Positions 18,669 through 27,905 of a stretch of 64,000 nt of DNA are shown here, in pieces; within the stretch, counting starts at the first letter, position 1; each line of letters starts with the position of its first letter. Made by a program: the position numbers and the translations under genes. The notes below the pieces were generated by a model. That model saw only the letters and a list, made by a program, of their open reading frames with translations. It made no database searches and was not told the DNA's origin. Source of the stretch: a virus; the IMG/VR virus record IMGVR_UViG_3300036985_007703, positions 104,533 to 168,532 of that record. One strand, 5' to 3'.

Positions 18669-18705
18669 GGATGCCTCCTTCGCCCCCGACGCCCGCGACG
18701 CCGGG

Positions 18706-19107
18706 TCAGTTGTTCGTAGGGGCCGGCACGAGCCGCCCCGAATCCTGCACCAAATACTCGTCCAGGCTCACGCCCAGGCGCCCTTGGATGCGCTCCCGCA
18801 GCGCGTTGTACTCGCCTCGGATCCGCTCGATCGACGCCGTGTTCTCCGTCTGCTGCTTGCGGAACTGGTCGCGCTTGGCCTGGTACTCGATCATGAGCAG
18901 CTGCTCCTGCACCGCCAGCTTGTCCCGCACCGCCACGTTCATCTCGATGCGCGCCGTGTGCAGCTCCAACAGGGCTATCTCCTCGCCCGTCATGTACAAG
19001 GCATCCGCTTCTGGGCCCTCAGGAGCCGCGGGGGCCGCCGCTGCCGTCACTGCCTTCAACGCCTTCGCCGCCCGCCGCACGCCTTTTTTCATCTCGTCGC
19101 TCATCAC
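18706..19107 (-). CDS. Coiled-coil hypothetical protein (possible fibre chaperone)
   Basis: AGGAG RBS, helical heptads. Confidence 0.55.
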   Translation of the reverse strand: MMSDEMKKGVRRAAKALKAVTAAAAPAAPEGPEADALYMTGEEIALLELHTARIEMNVAVRDKLAVQEQLLMIEYQAKRDQFRKQQTENTASIERIRGEYNALRERIQGRLGVSLDEYLVQDSGRLVPAPTNN

Positions 19108-19127
19108 AGCTCTCCTCCTTCAGCTCG

Positions 19128-19559
19128 TCACGTCTCAGCCATGGCCCGCTTCGTTAAGGGGCCGATTTCACCCGTCAAAAATAGCACATCAGCCGCGATC
19201 GGCGCACCAAATCGCTGGATAATTACCGCGCCAGCGTCAGACCAGGGGCAGGTCTGCGTGGGCCGCCCATCGAGCCCCACCCACACGGGGCGCGCCGGGT
19301 TCAGCCCCGCGAAGAGCCCGCGCACGAGCCCCACGCGCTGCATCAGCCCCGTAGTCGGGGTGTCCTTGCGCACGAGCACGCCCAGGGCCGGCATCCGCGC
19401 GTCCAGCGCGGGGTCCGCCCGCGTCACGCGCCAGCGCCCGGTCCCCGTCGCCCCGTCGCGCAGCGCCAGGCAGTCCCCCACAGCGTCGCCCGCGAGGCAC
19501 GCCACTGGGATGGCCTCCTCCGCGTCGGTCCCGAAGCCGAAGCGCGCAACAACCGCCAC
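19128..19559 (-). CDS. Capsid cement/decoration-like protein
   Basis: AVGD, ALGV, GLNPARPVWVG; resembles C-terminus of 16737..18134. Confidence 0.5.
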   Translation of the reverse strand: MAVVARFGFGTDAEEAIPVACLAGDAVGDCLALRDGATGTGRWRVTRADPALDARMPALGVLVRKDTPTTGLMQRVGLVRGLFAGLNPARPVWVGLDGRPTQTCPWSDAGAVIIQRFGAPIAADVLFLTGEIGPLTKRAMAET

Positions 19560-19583
19560 ACTGCGCCCCTATCCGCGCCCGCC

Positions 19584-20087
19584 CTACGGCAGGCGGCGCT
19601 CCGGCGCGAAGTGCTCGCGCCGCTTTACGTTGATCGTCCACGCCACCGTCGTGGGGGTGTCCAGGACGTTCCCACTCCGTCCCACCTTCACGACGTCCCA
19701 GTAGTGCTCGAACACCGCCACCACGTCGTCCTCCTTGGGGACCGCGCCCGCGGGGGCCGCCTGCTCCCACGCGAGGGCCGCCACGCGCATGATCGCGTCG
19801 TACTCGACCTCCTGGCCCTCCTCGCGCACGCTGGGCTCGCGGTTCTCGCTCTCCTGGTACTCGATCAGGCACACCACGTCGAAGGGCGCGAACCAGCCCC
19901 AGGCCTCGCGGCCCGGCGCGGGCCCCCCGCCGTACACGGGGTCGCTCGGCTCGTTGTAGAGCGCGTCCACGTTGGCCCCGCGGTTCAGGCGGTAGTACTC
20001 CGCCGTCGGGCCCACCATGGCCTGCCGCTCGGCCTCCAGCCGCTTGAGGTAGGCCGCGTCCTCTGCGCCCCTGCACTTGATCGGCAC
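19584..20087 (-). CDS. Head closure/neck protein (T4 gp14-like)
   Basis: G....YY.L....DALYNE, PKEDDV; near gp13-like gene. Confidence 0.6.
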   Translation of the reverse strand: MPIKCRGAEDAAYLKRLEAERQAMVGPTAEYYRLNRGANVDALYNEPSDPVYGGGPAPGREAWGWFAPFDVVCLIEYQESENREPSVREEGQEVEYDAIMRVAALAWEQAAPAGAVPKEDDVVAVFEHYWDVVKVGRSGNVLDTPTTVAWTINVKRREHFAPERRLP

Positions 20088-20096
20088 GCCGGCCCC

Positions 20097-20552
20097 CTAT
20101 GCGTCGATCAGGTCTTTGGCCAACCCGGTCAGGCGCTGCACCACGTCGGGGCGGTCCCGCAGCACCGCCGGCATCACGTGGACCGAGTACTGCTCGCTCT
20201 CCGGCACCAGCGACAGCTGCACCTCGCCCGGCAGCAGCCAGATCAGGGCCGTGCTGTAAAGGGTCTCGGCCTGCACCGCCGCGGGGAAGCGGAAGACCAA
20301 TTCGCCGTCCGCCCACTTGCCCTGCAAGTTCGGCATCGGCTTGGCCTGCACGAGCTTGTTGTCGCCGTGCCAGAACTGGTCGCTCTGGGGGGCATCTGCC
20401 ACCTCCTGCAGGAGGCGCCCCGGCCCCCCGCGCTCCGCACGCGCCTCGGGGGCCCCGCTCCCGCCCAGCGCCGCCCGGACGTCCGGGGGCAGCGCCGCGT
20501 AGGTGGCCTCCACGTCGCCCATCCAATCATGCACCGGCAATACCATGGTCAC
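20097..20552 (-). CDS. Hypothetical protein
   Basis: ORF with GAGGTG RBS. Confidence 0.55.
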   Translation of the reverse strand: MTMVLPVHDWMGDVEATYAALPPDVRAALGGSGAPEARAERGGPGRLLQEVADAPQSDQFWHGDNKLVQAKPMPNLQGKWADGELVFRFPAAVQAETLYSTALIWLLPGEVQLSLVPESEQYSVHVMPAVLRDRPDVVQRLTGLAKDLIDA

Positions 20553-20585
20553 ACCTCGCTCTGCGCATGCGCATGCGCAGCGTCG

Positions 20586-21296
20586 TCATCCCATAAAGAG
20601 CGGGATCGGCGGGGCCAGCTGGCGCGCCTTCTCCTCGCACTTGTCCATGAGCTGCTGCGCGTTGCTCAGCAGCGTGTCGCCGTTCATGCTCGTGGTCCCG
20701 CTCGCCGTCGGGATCTCCGCGAACTTCGTGCGGATGTACCCGAGCGTCTCCATGCACTGCGCCAGCGCGTAGTCCAGGAGCAGCTGCTGCTCGTAGCCCT
20801 TGAGGTAGCTCAGCGCGATCGTCGTGGCGAGGTAGAACACCATCACGCGCTCCCCGCTCGCCGGGGCCGGGCTCACGATCAGCTTGCGCCGCGCCCGGTC
20901 GTAGTCCCACGCGCGCTCCGCGCTCAGTAGCCGCTTGCCCAGCTCCAGGTACTGCATGCGCTGCGCGATGTCGACGTAGCCCTGGTTGGGGGACAGCGCC
21001 ATGAGGTCTGTCGCGTTCACCTCCACCCCCGCCCACCTAAACATATCGAACAGGCTGTCGCTCTGCGCCTCGAACACGACCTCCACGGGGACCTCGCAGT
21101 CCGCGGGGAGGTCCACCTCCGACCCGTTGGTGAAGGTGATCACCGTCGCCTTCTGGTGCCCCACCCACTGCTGGAGCCACAGGGAGGCGCGCATCACGGC
21201 GTCCGCGAGCTGGTCGTCGGTCAGCTCCACGCAGACCACGCCGTCGCCGAGCTTGCGCTTGATGTAGTCGTGTACGGCCTGCTCGGTGAGTGCCAT
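20586..21296 (-). CDS. Neck/head-tail adaptor protein (T4 gp13-like)
   Basis: YIKRKLG..V.VELTDDQL, YALA....LG.IR.KF..IP...G..MNGD.L, PP..FMG. Confidence 0.85.
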   Translation of the reverse strand: MALTEQAVHDYIKRKLGDGVVCVELTDDQLADAVMRASLWLQQWVGHQKATVITFTNGSEVDLPADCEVPVEVVFEAQSDSLFDMFRWAGVEVNATDLMALSPNQGYVDIAQRMQYLELGKRLLSAERAWDYDRARRKLIVSPAPASGERVMVFYLATTIALSYLKGYEQQLLLDYALAQCMETLGYIRTKFAEIPTASGTTSMNGDTLLSNAQQLMDKCEEKARQLAPPIPLFMG

Positions 21297-21308
21297 GGCG
21301 GCTCCTTG

Positions 21309-21965
21309 TTACTGGGCGCCCAGCGCGTCCATCGCTGCGGCGGCATCGGCCACGGCGCCCTCGGCATCCGTGTCCTCCGCATCGCTCGCCTCTTCGGCAT
21401 CCGCCTCCTCGTCCCCGGCCGCATCCGCCGCGGCCTGCGCCGCCTCGTCCGCGACCTTGGCCGCCTCGTCCGCGTACTTGCCCACGACGCCCATCACGGC
21501 CTGCTGGATGGCGTCCACGATGCCGTAGAGGTCCTCGGCCGGCGCGCCGCCCCGCTTGAGGGCGCTCATCGCCGCCTCGCCCACGGCCGCGAGCACGAGC
21601 TGCACGCCATCCGCGCCGAACTGCGCCTGCGGGGAGACCGCCTGCTGGATGTCGGGGGGGAGGTCCTCCGCCGACACGGGGCTATCCCCCGGCAGCGTGT
21701 CCTTCGCGGCCTGCTCGCGCAGCACCGCGCGGTCCACCCAGAGGTGGCGCGGGACCTCGCCCTCGGGCGCGCGCGGCAAGAACAAGTAGACGTCCTCCCG
21801 GAAGAAGGCCGCCCCGTTGCCGCCCCGCACCACGAGGCCCACGGGCGAGGACATCTCGACGATGCCCTCCGCCACGGGGTGCCCGAGGCGCGTCACCACG
21901 GTCACGCGCTCGCCCGCGCCCAGCGTGGCCGCCGCCGCCGCGCCATCCATGCGCCTGCGCCCCAT
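21309..21965 (-). CDS. Hypothetical protein with acidic C-terminus
   Basis: ORF. Confidence 0.55.
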   Translation of the reverse strand: MGRRRMDGAAAAATLGAGERVTVVTRLGHPVAEGIVEMSSPVGLVVRGGNGAAFFREDVYLFLPRAPEGEVPRHLWVDRAVLREQAAKDTLPGDSPVSAEDLPPDIQQAVSPQAQFGADGVQLVLAAVGEAAMSALKRGGAPAEDLYGIVDAIQQAVMGVVGKYADEAAKVADEAAQAAADAAGDEEADAEEASDAEDTDAEGAVADAAAAMDALGAQ

Positions 21966-21968
21966 CGG

Positions 21969-22337
21969 TCAGCGCCCGCGCCGCGCGGCCCGCGCCGCCG
22001 CCTTCGCCAGGGGGGCCGCATCGCCGCCCTCGCCGGAGGCCTCGGGCTCCGCGCTCGGGGCCTCGGGCTCCTCAGCCGGCCCCGGCTCCGGGACGGGCGC
22101 CGGCAGGGGCTCCGCCACCGGGAGCGCCGCCTTGAACTTCGCCGCCGCGTCGAAGACCTCGACCACAAGGCCCTCCTTGATCCACGGACTCAGGTCGAGG
22201 TCCGTGTCCACCACCTCGCCGGGGCGGATGAGCACGTCCTTGCGTACCGTCACCGCATACGGGAGCCCCGGCCGCCGCTCCGGCACGTGCACCGCGAGCG
22301 ACTGCATCTTCACCCCCTCCGCCAGCTTGTACCTCAT
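21969..22337 (-). CDS. Hypothetical protein
   Basis: GGAGGAG RBS, downstream of promoter. Confidence 0.55.
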   Translation of the reverse strand: MRYKLAEGVKMQSLAVHVPERRPGLPYAVTVRKDVLIRPGEVVDTDLDLSPWIKEGLVVEVFDAAAKFKAALPVAEPLPAPVPEPGPAEEPEAPSAEPEASGEGGDAAPLAKAAARAARRGR

Positions 22338-22384
22338 CGCTGCTCCTCCTCCGTGCGGCCCGCATGGGGCCTGCGTCTCGCCCC

Positions 22385-22413
22385 ACTATAGCCGCCCCCG
22401 CGCGCCTTGTCTA
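22385..22413 (-). promoter_or_regulatory. Sigma70-type promoter TAGACA-N17-TATAGT
   Basis: Read directly in the intergenic gap after the MCP gene. Confidence 0.65.
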
Positions 22414-22433
22414 ACAAGCACACAGCGCTGCCG

Positions 22434-22451
22434 CGCCCCCTCGCGGGGGCG
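22434..22451 (-). terminator. GC hairpin with GCGA tetraloop after MCP
   Basis: CGCCCCC-GCGA-GGGGGCG, no strong U tract. Confidence 0.35.
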
Positions 22452-22508
22452 GGCTCTCAGGCTGGATCGATCGGGGAGGGGGTCACGCCGCTAGGGCGTG
22501 GGGATGGC

Positions 22509-24101
22509 TCAGAAGGTCGAGGAGACGCTCGGGAGCCCGCTGACGGTCACGACGCCGTAGTACTCCGGGCGGAGCAGCTTGGTGGCGAAGCGCGACGCGA
22601 AGCCCTTCTTGAAGGTGAAGGTGTGCGGGTCCTGCCAGGTCGGGGTGACCTGCAGCGGGATGTACGGGGCGAACACGTAGCCCGCGTCGAGGAAGTTCGA
22701 GCCGCGGAGCCCGACGAGCACCTTGTTGTCGTCCAGGAACGGATCCTGGTAGACGGTGAACTTCCGCATCATGGTGCCGACCATCTGGATGCCGTAGTCG
22801 CTCGTGAGCGGGCCGTAGCTCGGGGGCACGACCTGGCTGGCGCCCATGTCGAAGTCCTTGTGGCTCGTGAGCTGGCTGAGCAGCGACACGACGGCCGGGC
22901 TGGCGACGATGAAGTTCGCCGGGGCGCGCAGCGTGGTCTTGTGGATCTTCGCGGCCACCGCGTCGATCTGGGTCAGCAGCTCGCGGATGCTCTCGATCTC
23001 GCCCGGCACCGTCGGGCTGTAGCTGTAGGTCGCCTGGTGCGCAGCGCCGGCCACGAGGTCCGTGATGACCTTGCGGTCGATTTCGAGGGCGATCTCGTTG
23101 GAGAGGCCGGCGACCAGCTCGGCCTCCATGTTGAGGCCGTGGAGGGCGCGGAGGTCGTCCATGGCCTCCTGCGACCACGAGGCGCGCAGCTTGTAGGGCT
23201 CGGCCGTCACGGTCGACATGGCCATGTCCATGCTGATGCCCGGCACCGCGGCGCCGGAGGTCGTGTTCACGAGTTCCCAGTTCACATAGTACTGGGCGTA
23301 CACGACGTGGTTCGCGCTGAAGTTGCAGGGAGCGCCCGCAGCGGTCTGGGGCGTCAGGGTCCAGGCGCCCGTGGAGGCGGTGAAGGTGCCCACGGCGTGA
23401 CCGTGGTTGTCCGTGAGGGTCGTGGTGGCGCCCGTCGGATCGAGCGTGGCGACCTTGTTCTCGGAGCCCGCCTCGACCGTGCGGTAGTAGAGCTTCACCG
23501 AGAAGGTGCGCTGGCCGCTGGTGCCCGGCGTGCGGATCGGCTTCCAGGCCGGGATGCGGCAGTTGCCGGCGCCCTGGTTCAGGGTGCCGGTGGCCGCGCC
23601 GGTGTCCGTGCAGAGCACGTCGTAGTCGACGTACTCGGAGGCGTAGTTCTTCGCGAAGTTGCGGATGAGGGCGTCGCCCGCGCTCAGTTCGCCGTCGTAG
23701 CCCTGGCTGTAGGGGTAGTCCGTGATGCCGTTGGCCGGGATCTTGACGCCCTTGCGGCCCTCGTACTTGTAATCCCAGGTGAAGACCGCGCCGACCGGGG
23801 CCGACAGCGGCTGGACCGACGTGATCTGGTTGGCGATCAGGTTGGGGAACACGCGGCGGAGCACCGGGAAGATGTACTTGGTGAACGAGCCGACGTTCGT
23901 GCTCAGCGCATCCTCGCTGAGGTTCTTCATGTACGTGGCCTGGTTCTCCAGGAGGATGGCGGCGACGCCCTTGGTGTAGGCGTGGCGCACGCCGTCGGTG
24001 CCCTCCAGCAGTTGGCCCCACTTGCGGCTGAGCTGGGAGACGTAGGACTTGTCGGCGACGGTCTTCGCGCCGCTCTCGGTCAGGATGTTGCGAGCTTCCA
24101 T
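22509..24101 (-). CDS. Major capsid protein (T4 gp23 family)
   Basis: LRRVFPNLIANQI.SVQPL.APVG.VF, VTA..KLRA.WS.EA..DL.A.HG...EAEL, EI..EIDR, APYIPL. Confidence 0.96.
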   Translation of the reverse strand: MEARNILTESGAKTVADKSYVSQLSRKWGQLLEGTDGVRHAYTKGVAAILLENQATYMKNLSEDALSTNVGSFTKYIFPVLRRVFPNLIANQITSVQPLSAPVGAVFTWDYKYEGRKGVKIPANGITDYPYSQGYDGELSAGDALIRNFAKNYASEYVDYDVLCTDTGAATGTLNQGAGNCRIPAWKPIRTPGTSGQRTFSVKLYYRTVEAGSENKVATLDPTGATTTLTDNHGHAVGTFTASTGAWTLTPQTAAGAPCNFSANHVVYAQYYVNWELVNTTSGAAVPGISMDMAMSTVTAEPYKLRASWSQEAMDDLRALHGLNMEAELVAGLSNEIALEIDRKVITDLVAGAAHQATYSYSPTVPGEIESIRELLTQIDAVAAKIHKTTLRAPANFIVASPAVVSLLSQLTSHKDFDMGASQVVPPSYGPLTSDYGIQMVGTMMRKFTVYQDPFLDDNKVLVGLRGSNFLDAGYVFAPYIPLQVTPTWQDPHTFTFKKGFASRFATKLLRPEYYGVVTVSGLPSVSSTF

Positions 24102-24162
24102 GGGTCAGTTCCTCTCGTTGCGATCAAGGTCGTTGTTGTGATGCCGCGCCCCGCGCCTGCCC

Positions 24163-25767
24163 TCATGACAGACCGGAGAGCTGCCGCATCATTGCGGGGT
24201 CCAGGCCGAACTCGGCCAAGTCGCCCGCGCCCGCCGTGCCTGCCCCGCGTGGGGCCACGGCCTCCTCCTCCAGCGTCGACGGCCGCGCCTGGGCCCGCGT
24301 CAGCTGCGCGCGCATGCGCTCCAGCTGCCCGTCGCCCATCGTCGTCCGCCCCCGCTGCCGCACCAGCCGATCGACCTCATCTGTGTTCGCAACGCCCTCT
24401 AGCAACCCAATCAACTCGCGCCCGTTCGTCAACCCTGCGACGCTCTCGGCCTTGTACGCCGCGAGGTCCGCCGCGGCCCGCGCCTCGGCTAGATCCCGCT
24501 GTAGCGTGGCGACGCGCTGCTCGGATCCCCGTGCGCGCGCCTCCAGGCCCTCGCCGCCTTCAACAGCCAGCTTCAACTGCATCTGCTTCTCGGCCAGTCT
24601 CTCGTGCAATTCCTGCGACTCCGCGAGGAGCCGCTTGCGCTCGCCCTCCCACCGCCGCGTGGCCTCGGCCAGCGGGTTGGGGGCAGGGGGGAGCTTCTCT
24701 AGCTGCCGCAGCACGCCGCGCACGCGCGTGCGCACCTCGGCCTCGTCCTCCAATAGCCCGGCGTCGGCCAGCAGCTCGCGCGCCATCGCCGCGTGGGGGT
24801 GCCCCGCCACGAGGCGCTCCGCGAGGAGCTGGTAGCCCGCCTCGCGGGCCACCCCGCGATAGGCCTCCGCCTGCTCGCGCAGGCCCGTGATCTCCGTGCG
24901 CTGCGCCTGCAGGGCCGCCGCCACGTGGTCCTCAGGGACCGCCGGCAGGTAGGGCCGCAGGAGCTGCGCCACCGTGGCCAGCACCGCGCCCGCGCCGTCC
25001 GCCTCGGCCTCCTCGCGCAGCTCCGCGCGCACCTCGGCCCGCAGCCCCTGCAGGGCCTCGACGAGCCCGCGCTCGAAGCGCTCGCGCTCCTCCTCGCGGG
25101 CCGCCGCCACGGCCGCCTCGACGTCCGTGCTCGCCGCCGCCTGGAGTTGCGCCTGCGCCCGCGCCATCGCCTTGTCCATCAGGCCCTCCTCCAGGGCCGC
25201 GAGGGCCTCGGGGATCTGCGCCTGCAGGGCGTCGGTCGCGTAGGGCGTGTTCACATCCTCGTTGAAGATCTCGGGGTACGCCGACTTCATCGCGGGGTCC
25301 GCCACGAAGTCCCAGGTCTTGAGGTTGTAGTCCTCGCACACGTCCTCGCCGTCCCCGCTCTCGCTCGGCTTCGTGCTCCCGAAGCCCCGCGAGCTGACGC
25401 CGATCTCCACCCCGTGGCGGATCAGCGCCGCGAGCGTGCGGCCGTTCGGCGTGTCGAGGATCTCGGCGGCCCCCAGCACGCGCCCATCGTCGGCGATGGA
25501 CGCCTCGGTGATCAGCGCCGCCGCGCGCGTCAGCTTGGTCTTCCCGTCGTCCGGGTGGTCCAGCTCGGCCAGCACGCGCCGCCGCTTGATGTCCTCCTGG
25601 AGCTTCTTGACCTCGCGCTCATAGATCGCGCGGGGATAGCGCCGGCCGTTCTGCGTCGGGGTGTCGTAGCGCCCAAACTCGCCGCGGGCCACGAGCTTGC
25701 CCGTGCCCTTGTCCTCGGTCAGGGTGAACGTCGTGGTGATCGTCTCAGTCAGCAGCTTGCCGCTCAT
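24163..25767 (-). CDS. Prohead protease (T4 gp21 type) fused to coiled-coil scaffold
   Basis: NGRRYP, ELDHP, ILDTPNG, GVSSRGFGS, DFVADPA, then long helical C-terminus. Confidence 0.92.
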   Translation of the reverse strand: MSGKLLTETITTTFTLTEDKGTGKLVARGEFGRYDTPTQNGRRYPRAIYEREVKKLQEDIKRRRVLAELDHPDDGKTKLTRAAALITEASIADDGRVLGAAEILDTPNGRTLAALIRHGVEIGVSSRGFGSTKPSESGDGEDVCEDYNLKTWDFVADPAMKSAYPEIFNEDVNTPYATDALQAQIPEALAALEEGLMDKAMARAQAQLQAAASTDVEAAVAAAREEERERFERGLVEALQGLRAEVRAELREEAEADGAGAVLATVAQLLRPYLPAVPEDHVAAALQAQRTEITGLREQAEAYRGVAREAGYQLLAERLVAGHPHAAMARELLADAGLLEDEAEVRTRVRGVLRQLEKLPPAPNPLAEATRRWEGERKRLLAESQELHERLAEKQMQLKLAVEGGEGLEARARGSEQRVATLQRDLAEARAAADLAAYKAESVAGLTNGRELIGLLEGVANTDEVDRLVRQRGRTTMGDGQLERMRAQLTRAQARPSTLEEEAVAPRGAGTAGAGDLAEFGLDPAMMRQLSGLS

Positions 25768-25910
25768 CGCGTCCCCTTCTTCAGCCCGGCCTCGCGCCGG
25801 AGCGCCATCCGTACCACCTGCCCGAACCGCACCCGCCGGCTGGTCTTACGCGGCCCGCGGTCGGTCAAGCGAAGGGCACGGTCAGCAGGCCGCACTCCCA
25901 TGAGCGCCAT
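25764..25910 (-). CDS. Small basic protein
   Basis: Short Arg-rich ORF with ATGA overlap; start uncertain. Confidence 0.3.
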   Translation of the reverse strand: MALMGVRPADRALRLTDRGPRKTSRRVRFGQVVRMALRREAGLKKGTR

Positions 25911-25966
25911 CCGCTGACCGGCCGTCCGTCCCTTCCACTGCGGGCCCTCTAACAGGCCAGCCCGCG

Positions 25967-27034
25967 TCAGTTTCCCGACTCGTCCTCGTCGTCCTCGTCG
26001 TCCTCGTCGATGTCCTCGCCGAGGTAATCGAAGTCGATCTCGCCGTCCTCGATCGACTCCATGATGCGCGTCACGAGGTTGAAGCACGGGGCCAGCGTGG
26101 CCACGAACTCGTCCTCGTTCAGGGCGTCCTCGACCAGGGTGCCCGCGTTGGCGCGATCGATCACGGGGATCAGGGCCTCTTCGAGCACGGCGTCAACCTC
26201 GGGGGAGCCGTACATCTCGCTCATGAGGGCGAAGATGTTGTTCAGGCGCTCGACGATCTCCGCCCGGCTGCCGGCCTGCACGCGGCTCTCGTGGAGCACG
26301 CTGCGGAGGTCGTTCGCGATCTCGCTGTCGGCCGAGGCCCCGAGGCTGCTGAAGCCACGGACGGGCCCGCGATTGCCGGCGCCGAGGAGCTTGCGGATCG
26401 GCTTGGCCGCGATCCGGGCCGCGAGCTTGTTGCCCTTCGCGCCCATCTTGGCCGCGCGGACCTTCTGCACCTTCTTGTACCAGGCCTTGGCCTGCATCTT
26501 CTTGGTCGAGCGCTTGATCTGGCTCTTGTGCGTGCGGCGGTACTGCTTCGCTAGGAGGCGGGCCTTGCGCCCCTTGGTGTCCGTGCGGCGGTGCTTCGTG
26601 ACCATCTTGCCGCTCTTCGCCCCGAAGGTGCGGAAGGCCGAGCCCTCTTCGAGCCGGCCCTTGGCCCGCAGGAGCATCTCCACGACCTCCTGCGCACGCG
26701 CGGTCAGCGCGGCGTCGCCCTCGGGGAGGTCCTTCTTGCCCAGCTCCTCGAGGAGGGCGTCGATGTCCCCGGCGTCCATGCTCTCGAAGGGGAGGGCCGC
26801 GATCCGGTTGAACAGCTCGCGCGTCACCACGGGGCCGTCGATCGGGTCATGGTCCTCGGTCTGCGTTGTGCCGCTCACCGCGATGGTGTCGAGGCGCTTG
26901 ACGCCGCCGCCCACCACGCTGTCCTCGGTGAGGACGTTCATCCCCGCGAGGGTGCGCTGGTCCTCGACCATCGTCGAGAGCCCCAGGGCCGCCATATCCT
27001 GCTCGAACGTGCTGTCAATGATCCGCTGTGCCAT
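25967..27034 (-). CDS. Prohead core protein (T4 gp67/gp68-like)
   Basis: Between portal and protease, central Lys/Arg-rich block, acidic ends, many L-x-E sites. Confidence 0.6.
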   Translation of the reverse strand: MAQRIIDSTFEQDMAALGLSTMVEDQRTLAGMNVLTEDSVVGGGVKRLDTIAVSGTTQTEDHDPIDGPVVTRELFNRIAALPFESMDAGDIDALLEELGKKDLPEGDAALTARAQEVVEMLLRAKGRLEEGSAFRTFGAKSGKMVTKHRRTDTKGRKARLLAKQYRRTHKSQIKRSTKKMQAKAWYKKVQKVRAAKMGAKGNKLAARIAAKPIRKLLGAGNRGPVRGFSSLGASADSEIANDLRSVLHESRVQAGSRAEIVERLNNIFALMSEMYGSPEVDAVLEEALIPVIDRANAGTLVEDALNEDEFVATLAPCFNLVTRIMESIEDGEIDFDYLGEDIDEDDEDDEDESGN

Positions 27035-27902
27035 CGTCGCCGTCTCCTTGTTCGTTGGGGTCGCGGCCCCGCAGTGCGAGGTAGCCCGCGACGATCACCA
27101 TGTGCCTGGCCCGCTCCGCGCACGTCCCATGCGCCCTTGCCATCCGCGCGACATCCCGTGGGACGTCCTCCAGCATCAACCGTTCGGCACGTGTGAGCGC
27201 GGCCACCATGGCCTCCGCCTCGCCGATCAACGAACTCCTGATGGCGTCCAGGTCCGCTTCGCCCTTATCAAATCGCACGGATCGGCCCTCGTCAAGGATT
27301 TGGGCGTACGCCGCCTTGAGCCCCTCGACGGCCATCCGCAATTCGCCCACTGGGATCCCCGTGTCGGGGCGCCCCGCGAAGGTCGCGGGATCGGGGACGC
27401 GCGCCTCGCGCGCCCGCACCTCGCCCCACATGCGCCGGCGGATGCGCTCCGCGTCCGCCAGGTACCAGCGCTGCCACGCCGCGTCCTGCGCGGCCTCGAT
27501 CTCCGCCACCGCGTCCACGAGCCAATAGCGCTCGCCCGCCTCGATCAGGTGGGCGAGGTTGCGCATGCGCATGCGCGAGGCCTCCCCCGCGCACCGCCCC
27601 TCCGCGACGTCCCGCACGAGGGCCCGCACCTGCCCCGCCACGTAGCGCGGGACCTCGGCCTCGCCGATCGCCGCCACCGCGTAGGGCCCGTGCCCCTGCA
27701 GGGCCACCGCGCCGCCCACGCAGTCGTAGTCCACGCGCTCGAAGCGCTCCTCGTCGTCGACCACCACCGCGCGGTCCACCCACGTCGCGACGGCCCGCAC
27801 GGGGCGCTGGAGCGCCGCGCTCGCCGCCCGCTCGATCTGGTCGATCAGCGCCTCGTAGCTCCCCGCCCGCATCTCCGCGAGCTGCGCCTCGGTGATGTAC
27901 AT
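27015..27902 (-). CDS. Hypothetical head-assembly protein
   Basis: ORF directly after portal. Confidence 0.6.
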   Translation of the reverse strand: MYITEAQLAEMRAGSYEALIDQIERAASAALQRPVRAVATWVDRAVVVDDEERFERVDYDCVGGAVALQGHGPYAVAAIGEAEVPRYVAGQVRALVRDVAEGRCAGEASRMRMRNLAHLIEAGERYWLVDAVAEIEAAQDAAWQRWYLADAERIRRRMWGEVRAREARVPDPATFAGRPDTGIPVGELRMAVEGLKAAYAQILDEGRSVRFDKGEADLDAIRSSLIGEAEAMVAALTRAERLMLEDVPRDVARMARAHGTCAERARHMVIVAGYLALRGRDPNEQGDGDDGTADH

Positions 27903-27905
27903 CGC

